Positions 57,818 to 64,000 of a stretch of DNA of 64,000 nt are shown here, piece after piece (the first letter of the stretch is position 1; each line of letters starts with the position of its first letter). A program made the translations under genes and the position numbers. The stretch spans positions 89-64,088 of the forward strand of contig CAMKTL010000011.1 in NCBI GenBank assembly GCA_946415675.1, given 5' to 3'. Source of the DNA: an uncultured Fibrobacter sp. (GTDB lineage Bacteria; Fibrobacterota; Fibrobacteria; Fibrobacterales; Fibrobacteraceae). Under the pieces are notes generated by a model that was given only the letters and a program-made list of their open reading frames with translations, had not been told where the DNA came from and searched no databases.

Positions 57818-58801
57818 CTACTTCAGTTTTTCCAAGAACTCTTTTGCGTCGCAAGATTCGACGAGATTTTCGCCAAGCAGTTTTTGCAAGCGCTGCAAGT
57901 CGGAGCGGTCATTGCGTTCAAACACGACCGCTTTCTTGAATCGGTCGCGGTGGCGCAACAGGAATTCCAGATTGTTGATATCCGTTTTCGGGAAACCGTA
58001 ACCGATAAAGTAAATCTCTTCGGCGTTTTTCAGATAGTAATCCGCCTTAGACCACAGCAAGTTGAAAAGGCTCCCGCGCAAGAACGATTCCTTCGCATGC
58101 GCCATAGGGATGAATATCGGAGTATCCTCGCAGTAGATGGGGAAGCTGCGGTCTTGCGGCTCGACCTCGCAGACGTTTTTCAAGTCGAGTTCGTCGCTTG
58201 CTCCCTTGACGGGGAACCAGTTGAGCGAACCATGCAATTTGATAAGGTCAATCGTCCGGGTTTTCTTGCCGCGTTTTGCGGAGCGGTCGGCAGGGTCAAT
58301 TTTCACGCCATAATCGACGGAAACTTGTTCGCAAAGTTCTTTATCATTTGCAATTGCCGTTTCAATCAGCGTGTCGTAATTGAACGAGAGCAGAAGCGTT
58401 TCGCGAGAGCCCGATGCGGAATCATTTTCACAAGACACCAAAAATTTCTTGAGAATCGCCGACGACGACGCGTCTAACACGTTGTCACTACGGATAACGC
58501 TTGCGATAAAGCGCAAAAGCTCAAAGCGGAGCGATGCGTGATAAAGGCGCTCGCGTTCACCTGGGAAAATCTGCGCCGAGAGAATGGACGTTGCCAAAGG
58601 CTCGATGCCGAGGTAATCGCTATCGCCGTTGCAGAGCGTCAAAAAGCGCTTGCAGTAATCGCGAAAATGCGGAAACTCATCCGGAATTCCAAAAGGGATA
58701 AGTTCGTTCAAGTCGCGGAGCGTGGGCATCTGCGGCGAAAAGGACTTGCTGAAACCAGAGCCAAGCACAAAAATACGGCGATAACAATTCGACTGCATCA
58801 T
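57818..58801 (-). CDS. SIR2-like (SIR2_2) domain protein
   Basis: FVLGSGFS...MPT, SFNYDTLIE, KLHGSLNW, FIGYGFP. Confidence 0.8.
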   Translation of the reverse strand: MMQSNCYRRIFVLGSGFSKSFSPQMPTLRDLNELIPFGIPDEFPHFRDYCKRFLTLCNGDSDYLGIEPLATSILSAQIFPGERERLYHASLRFELLRFIASVIRSDNVLDASSSAILKKFLVSCENDSASGSRETLLLSFNYDTLIETAIANDKELCEQVSVDYGVKIDPADRSAKRGKKTRTIDLIKLHGSLNWFPVKGASDELDLKNVCEVEPQDRSFPIYCEDTPIFIPMAHAKESFLRGSLFNLLWSKADYYLKNAEEIYFIGYGFPKTDINNLEFLLRHRDRFKKAVVFERNDRSDLQRLQKLLGENLVESCDAKEFLEKLK

Positions 58802-58827
58802 ACTGTTAATGTATATTTTTTTAGATA

Positions 58828-58947
58828 GAAGTTACTAGTTAATAGTTACTAAGTGCCTTCGGCACAGTTACTAGATACTAGTTGGTAGTTACTAAAATTC
58901 TTGATATGAAATTCTCTAGTAACTAGTAACTTAGAACTCTTAACTAG
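58828..58947. repeat. TAGTTAC heptamer element with an internal triloop hairpin and an inverted arm
   Basis: Hairpin at 58853-58865; arm TCTAGTAACTAGTAACTTAGAACT at 58915-58938. Confidence 0.8.
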
Positions 58948-58965
58948 CATTAATTTGAATGATTT

Positions 58966-59673
58966 TTAAAAATGCAGCCAGCCCGTTTCCATGGCGGTCA
59001 CGGGAGTTACTTTCACATTGCCTTTTTCGGGCACCTCAAAAGCAAGCCCCGTCAAGAAGTTCATCCAGCATTTCGGCTCAAATTTAAAACTGCAAAAATG
59101 CGAGAGGCACGGCACAATCCACGCGTCGTGCGTCACAAAGATGTTGAATCGTGATTGCGCTTTTTCAAACATCATTTCACGCATCTGTTCCGCACGCTCG
59201 TGAAACGGCCAAAAAGCATCATGCTCGCCTGAATCCAGCCACTTGCAAATGCCTTCGTAAAAGCCTTCTCGCAAAGTCTGCTCGTAAGCAGGCACATCAC
59301 GAACAAAGAAATCACCGAGAGCGTCAAGCGGCGTGACATTTACTGAAGCACCCGTGGCAACACCCTGCGTAGTTCCAGGAATCGCAAAGTTCCTGTACCC
59401 CGCAAGTTTGCGTCCTTCACCAATGCACTGCGCTGTTTCCACACAACGACCGACCGGGCTCGAAAAGTACACCGCATCGCCAATCGCCGGAATCATCCGC
59501 CCAAGCGCTACTGCCTGACGGCGCCCACGTTCCGTAAGCCCGACATGAGCACCAAAGTCCTTATCGCCGGGCGTGATGTGATTGCGTTCGGCGTGACGCA
59601 AAAGCAAATATATTTTGGAGTTCCAGTCAACCTGGGCAAAAAAGTCGGAAAATTGTACAAAGTCGTTAGTCAT
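58966..59673 (-). CDS. Histidine phosphatase family protein
   Basis: LLRHAER, SSPVGRCVETA, FVTHD. Confidence 0.85.
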   Translation of the reverse strand: MTNDFVQFSDFFAQVDWNSKIYLLLRHAERNHITPGDKDFGAHVGLTERGRRQAVALGRMIPAIGDAVYFSSPVGRCVETAQCIGEGRKLAGYRNFAIPGTTQGVATGASVNVTPLDALGDFFVRDVPAYEQTLREGFYEGICKWLDSGEHDAFWPFHERAEQMREMMFEKAQSRFNIFVTHDAWIVPCLSHFCSFKFEPKCWMNFLTGLAFEVPEKGNVKVTPVTAMETGWLHF

Positions 59674-59679
59674 TGGTTA

Positions 59680-59760
59680 TTAGTTGGTAGAACTTAGGGA
59701 CGTCATCCTGAAGCCTGTAGGGCTGAAGGATCCAGTGAAATTTTAGTTGGTAGAACTTAG
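59680..59760 (+). repeat. REP-like element (59702-59735) flanked by 18-bp direct repeats TTAGTTGGTAGAACTTAG
   Basis: Direct repeats at 59680-59697 and 59743-59760. Confidence 0.8.
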
Positions 59761-59777
59761 TCTATAGTCATTGGTCA

Positions 59778-60413
59778 TTAGCCTGCAATTGCAGCGGAAA
59801 TTGGAATCCACAAGGCATGCCCAAGGGCAAAGCTTACGACGCCAAGCGCAAATCCGCACAGCACATCCGTCAGCCAGTGCACGCCGAAATACACACGCAA
59901 AAGTCCCCACGTGAGCGGCAACAGCATCATAATCCAGCCGTACTGCGGAACGATAAAGAATACCGTACTAGCGACAGCCAAATTGTTCATCGTATGGCCC
60001 GATGGAAAACTGTACTTGTCGAGCGGCGGCACTTCCGCCTTGATTTGCGGATTCGCGGCAAACGGACGTGGACGTTTTGTACTCAGTTTAATGCCCTCGT
60101 AAATCACGAGGCTCATCGCAAGCGACACCAAAGCCTGCCAAAGAATCGGCAAGAAATTTTCCCAACCGATTTTCCAAATCAAAAACGCAATGAACAAAGC
60201 CCAAATATAGCCATCGCCAAGACGCACGTAGAACTTGAGGAACTTCGTCGTCTTCGCGGAAAAATGCCGATTCGTCCAGTAAACCGAAACGCGATTGTCA
60301 AATTCAGAAATTTTCTTGAGCATAGAGGAAAATTTAGAAATTTTGCAGATCGGCAAATACCGGGAGCAATCCCTTTCACCTCGACTGATTTTTGAATTTA
60401 GCAATTTTGCCAT
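59778..60413 (-). CDS. PAP2 family phosphatase
   Basis: KLSTKRPRP, SFPSGH, RVYFGVHWLTD; TM helices. The start is uncertain. Confidence 0.88.
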   Translation of the reverse strand: MAKLLNSKISRGERDCSRYLPICKISKFSSMLKKISEFDNRVSVYWTNRHFSAKTTKFLKFYVRLGDGYIWALFIAFLIWKIGWENFLPILWQALVSLAMSLVIYEGIKLSTKRPRPFAANPQIKAEVPPLDKYSFPSGHTMNNLAVASTVFFIVPQYGWIMMLLPLTWGLLRVYFGVHWLTDVLCGFALGVVSFALGHALWIPISAAIAG

Positions 60414-60516
60414 TTTTAGCCAGCCAGTTTTTTGGGAGGGGCAGTCGCCATATACCGCCCAAAATACTATTATTTAAATGTAATAGGTGGCAAGCATCAG
60501 GTCTGCTCCACACTTC

Positions 60517-60641
60517 GTCATCCTGAACGACAGTGAAGGATCCAAACATTTAACAAAAGAAATGACTGGATTCTTCGGCTACGCCTCAGAATGACGACTT
60601 CTGAAACCTAGTAACTATCAACTAATAACTAGTAACTAACT
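60517..60641. repeat. Inverted REP-like doublet (60517-60544 +, 60566-60595 -) plus a GTAACTA array abutting the ackA start
   Basis: Read directly from the sequence. Confidence 0.8.
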
Positions 60642-61823
60642 ATGCGCGTACTCGTTTTAAACTGCGGCAGTTCCTCGGTCAAGTTCGCCGTCATCGACAC
60701 CAAGACTAAAGAATCCATCGCAAGCGGCCTCGTCGAAAACATCGGCGTCAACGGCCACACCAAGGCAAAAGGCCCCGAAGGCAAAATCGACTTCAACTTC
60801 GATTGCCCCACGCATGCCGAAGCTGTTGACCAGGTCAAGAAATTCCTCGACGCCCAGAAGCTCACAGGCACGATTGAAGCTATTGGCCACCGCGTTGTGC
60901 ATGGCGGAAAGTACATCAAGAGTGAGAAGGTCACGCAAGAAGTCATCGACTACATCCGCAGCATCACGCTCTTTGCGCCGCTTCACGAACCGGCTCACGC
61001 AACGGGCATGGAATGCGCCACAAAGTTCTTCCCGGGCCTCCCGCAGGTCGCCGTGTTCGATACAGCATTCCACCAGACGATGCCGCAAAAGGCTTACCTC
61101 TACGGCATTCCGTACAAGTTCTATGAAAAGGACGGTATCCGCCGTTACGGCGCCCACGGCACAAGCCACCGCTTTGTGACTGCCGAAGCCTGCAAGGTGC
61201 TTGGCACCAAGCCCGAAGAAACCTGCCTCATCACGGCCCACCTCGGCAACGGCTCCAGCTGCTCCGCGATTTTGAACGGCCAGTGCGTCGATACCACTAT
61301 GGGTTTCACCCCGCTCGAAGGTCTTATCATGGGCACCCGTTCCGGTAGCCTCGACCCGGCAATTCTCTTCTACATCGCAAAGAAGTACGGCAAGGAATAC
61401 GGCACTATCGATCAGCTCGACCACCTCGTGAACAAGGAATCCGGCTTGCTCGGCCTCTCCGGCCTTTCGAACGACATGCGTACGCTCACGCAGGCTGCAA
61501 GCGAAGGCAACAAGCAGGCTCAAATTGCGCTCGACGTTTTCTGCTACCGCCTCACCCGCGAAATCGGCGGTCTCGCCATGGCACTTCCGCGTATCGATGC
61601 CATCGTCTTTACCGGCGGCATCGGCGAAAACAGCTTCTACGTCCGCAAGCAGGCTTTGGACAACTTAAAGATTCTCGGTTACCAAGTTGACGAAGAACGC
61701 AACCTCAAGAGCGGCAAGGAATCCAACCACCTCATCACGAAGGACGGCACGCCGAAGGCAATCGTCGTTGCAACAAACGAAGAATTGCTCATCGCCCTCG
61801 ATACGGAAGCTTTAGTAAAGTAG
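60642..61823 (+). CDS. ackA: Acetate kinase
   Basis: VLNCGSSSVKF, GHRVVHGG, APLH, VFDTAFH, RRYGAHGTSH, HLGNGSS, MGFTPLEG, FTGGIGEN, TNEE. Confidence 0.97.
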   Translation: MRVLVLNCGSSSVKFAVIDTKTKESIASGLVENIGVNGHTKAKGPEGKIDFNFDCPTHAEAVDQVKKFLDAQKLTGTIEAIGHRVVHGGKYIKSEKVTQEVIDYIRSITLFAPLHEPAHATGMECATKFFPGLPQVAVFDTAFHQTMPQKAYLYGIPYKFYEKDGIRRYGAHGTSHRFVTAEACKVLGTKPEETCLITAHLGNGSSCSAILNGQCVDTTMGFTPLEGLIMGTRSGSLDPAILFYIAKKYGKEYGTIDQLDHLVNKESGLLGLSGLSNDMRTLTQAASEGNKQAQIALDVFCYRLTREIGGLAMALPRIDAIVFTGGIGENSFYVRKQALDNLKILGYQVDEERNLKSGKESNHLITKDGTPKAIVVATNEELLIALDTEALVK

Positions 61824-61890
61824 GTACGAGGCCGCCCGCCAAGGCGGGCTTTGAGGTATGAGCTCGGCGCAAATGCGCCTTTGAGTATAA

Positions 61891-61922
61891 AAGAGGCTCC
61901 GCATTGCGGAGCCCTTCTTTTT
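61891..61922 (+). terminator. Terminator after ackA
   Basis: GGCTCCGC-ATT-GCGGAGCC followed by a T-rich tail. Confidence 0.75.
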
Positions 61923-61930
61923 GAATTTAG

Positions 61931-61975
61931 CTGGATCCTTCGACTTCGAACCTACGGTTCTTCGCTCAGGATGAC
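61931..61975 (-). repeat. REP-like element
   Basis: Reverse complement reads GTCATCCTGAGCGAAGAACCGTAGGTTCGAAGTCGAAGGATCCAG. Confidence 0.8.
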
Positions 61976-62027
61976 ACATTCAACGGCAGGAGAGTAAAAC
62001 TGTCTACTTCCTACCGTCTACTGCCTA

Positions 62028-64000
62028 CTACTTAATCGTCCACGTCTGGTTGTTCACGCGGAGGATCTTGCGGCCCTGCACCTGTGCAGAAACGCTATTC
62101 ACCTCGGCCGGGTTCACCGGAAGCTTTGCATTCCAGATTACGCGGCCCTGCATATCCAACATCTTTACAGTGCCACGCTTTGCCATCACGGCGTTCTGCC
62201 ATGTATTCTTCGGCTGGGCAAACACCGGCATCAAACCAGTCTTCGTTCCGACGACAACGTACAAAGGAATCGTCACGTTCGCCTTGCTCGGGTCGGAAGC
62301 CGTAACACCGAGAGCAAACATCTGTCCTTCCTTGAACTTGACACCATCGACAGCGGTTGCAGTCAGCACAGAACCCTTCATAGAAATCGTCATATATTTC
62401 TTCAAGGCGCTTGTTTCATTCGGCGTAAACGTCAGTTCATCGCCATCGGCATCACGAACAAGAGTGTCAAGATCCCACTTGACCTTCCAGCCCGACTTGG
62501 TGGAAACATAAGCCGTATCCTTATGGAGAAGTATGGGCTTGTCGTTCACCGCTGTAATCTTCACGCAGAATTCAAAGCTCTTGGAACCGGACTTTTTGTC
62601 CGTCGCCGTCACGACAACATAGGCCTTGCCAGTCGAATCCGTAACAGAGTTGATTTCCAGAATCCCCTTGTCCGTAATTTCGACCTTGAGTTTCCCGTCC
62701 TTGCTCTTTGCACTGAACGTGAGCGAGTCGCCTTCAGGATCCTTGAACCAGGATGCCACCACGGACTTCGGATACTTCAAAGCTCTTGAAGTCGGGAAGT
62801 CTTCGGCAACAGTCGTATCTAATGTCGCAGGATTGACAACGACCGTCGGGAGCTGGTTGCGCTTTTCGACAACGATTGTCACAATTGCAGCCTTGGACTT
62901 CGTCTCGTTGATGACGCAGTAGTAGCCAAAGTAATCCGTTCCTACATAGTCCTTTGTCGGCGTATATTTGAAGCTACCGTCCTTTTCCAAGGTAAGCGTA
63001 CCATGGCTCGGCTTCTGAGCAAGCTCGGCAGTCATCCCCTTCGTCACGCCTTCCGGATAGGTGTCGTTCTTAAGCACGCCATCCTTAGCGCTTACAGAAA
63101 GGACCGTATCGTTAAACGCCGTGTATTCATCCTTCATTGCCTGTGCGACATCCTTTGGAGAGATGAGCTTCACTCCAATCTTCACGCCAGCAGAATCAAT
63201 TCCATCCGACGCATAGAAGAAGATGGTCGCAAGTCCAGTGGCGCCCGTGACCGGCTTTACAGAAATAAAGTAGAAGTTCTCGTTGACGCTATCGACGGCA
63301 GCGACAATCTTCTGACCAACCGCACCATAAGTAAATTTCTGCGAGCCCTCATTAACTTCCTGGTCTCCGAAGACGAGCGATTTCGCAGGAATCTTAATCT
63401 GCTTGACCGTATCTTCGTCAAAGTCCATGTCAAGAGCCAACGTGTCCTTGAGGAACGTGCTATCGACAACAACAAATCCTGGCGGGTCATTGACCGGCTT
63501 CACGTGGATAACTACGGTTCCTTTTTCACTAACAGCGTCATGATTTGCCGTTTCAAAAAGGACGTAGGTCAACGTGTCATCGCCATGGAAGTTCAGGGAC
63601 GGCTTATAGGTAAACGAACCAAGGTTCGTGAACTGAGTCAGCTTGCCATACTTGGTCGAATCAATGAGAACAACGATGAAATCATCGCCATCTGGATCAG
63701 TAGCCTTCTTCCCGATGGCCTTATCTCCATTAACAATAAAGGTTTCATCTTCATTAGTCTCATATTCGAGATCCACCGCGACCGGTGGACGGCTCAAATC
63801 CTTGATGGGAACGATATAGCTGACTTTGACCAAATCCGATTTTGTATCCGTCGCAGAGATTGCGATAATAAGGGACGTGTCTTTCTTGACATTCACCGGA
63901 ATAAGAGCCAGCGTGTCTTTCAAAGTCACCTTATCCAGAGCAGTCAAGTTTTTCATCAACGGGGCAGACGTTTCAACAACAAACAGGAGCTTGTCGTTAT
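62028..64000 (-). CDS. Large cadherin/Ig-like (tandem-95/Big_9-type) repeat surface protein with a T9SS-like tail; 5' part lies outside the window
   Basis: The frame stays open to the window edge. Repeats ETNEDE, FTYKP...GDDTLTY, VNDPP, DGSFKYTP, VNDKP; tail MLDMQGRVIW...GRKILRVN. Confidence 0.85.
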   Translation of the reverse strand, partial: NDKLLFVVETSAPLMKNLTALDKVTLKDTLALIPVNVKKDTSLIIAISATDTKSDLVKVSYIVPIKDLSRPPVAVDLEYETNEDETFIVNGDKAIGKKATDPDGDDFIVVLIDSTKYGKLTQFTNLGSFTYKPSLNFHGDDTLTYVLFETANHDAVSEKGTVVIHVKPVNDPPGFVVVDSTFLKDTLALDMDFDEDTVKQIKIPAKSLVFGDQEVNEGSQKFTYGAVGQKIVAAVDSVNENFYFISVKPVTGATGLATIFFYASDGIDSAGVKIGVKLISPKDVAQAMKDEYTAFNDTVLSVSAKDGVLKNDTYPEGVTKGMTAELAQKPSHGTLTLEKDGSFKYTPTKDYVGTDYFGYYCVINETKSKAAIVTIVVEKRNQLPTVVVNPATLDTTVAEDFPTSRALKYPKSVVASWFKDPEGDSLTFSAKSKDGKLKVEITDKGILEINSVTDSTGKAYVVVTATDKKSGSKSFEFCVKITAVNDKPILLHKDTAYVSTKSGWKVKWDLDTLVRDADGDELTFTPNETSALKKYMTISMKGSVLTATAVDGVKFKEGQMFALGVTASDPSKANVTIPLYVVVGTKTGLMPVFAQPKNTWQNAVMAKRGTVKMLDMQGRVIWNAKLPVNPAEVNSVSAQVQGRKILRVNNQTWTIK

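Overview
A 64-kb chromosomal segment that looks like Fibrobacter (FCB group). This assignment is inferred from the GH9/GH5 cellulases, T9SS-type C-terminal tails, a PorZ-like protein, succinate/acetate metabolism genes and unclassified beta-barrel proteins. Housekeeping genes (eda, rpe, lpxA, cca, dsbD, folE, argA, folD, ackA, CoA-transferase) are interleaved with envelope and plant-polymer genes. The most striking locus is a tightly packed minus-strand operon at 33126-23924. It encodes a carbohydrate-binding-module protein, three paralogous ~730-750 aa outer-membrane beta-barrel proteins, a lipoprotein and a GH18 whose catalytic Glu is replaced by Gln. A GH9 follows it and a GH5 is divergent from it, so it is a candidate non-Sus, non-TonB glycan capture/import machine. 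Other notable items: three tandem lipoprotein PETase/cutinase-like hydrolases that share an upstream TGGA-N7-TCCA palindrome with an unrelated esterase gene; a GlgM-type glucosyltransferase; a stand-alone SIR2 protein; a recurring TAnnTTTn-N5-start architecture suggesting leaderless mRNAs; and at least four families of small intergenic repeats (GTCATCCTGA REP-like elements, period-7 TAGTTAC arrays, CGAGTGTYGCG elements, TTTGAG hairpin chains). No rRNA, tRNA, CRISPR array or transposase was recognised. All family assignments come from motif recognition by eye, not from database searches.
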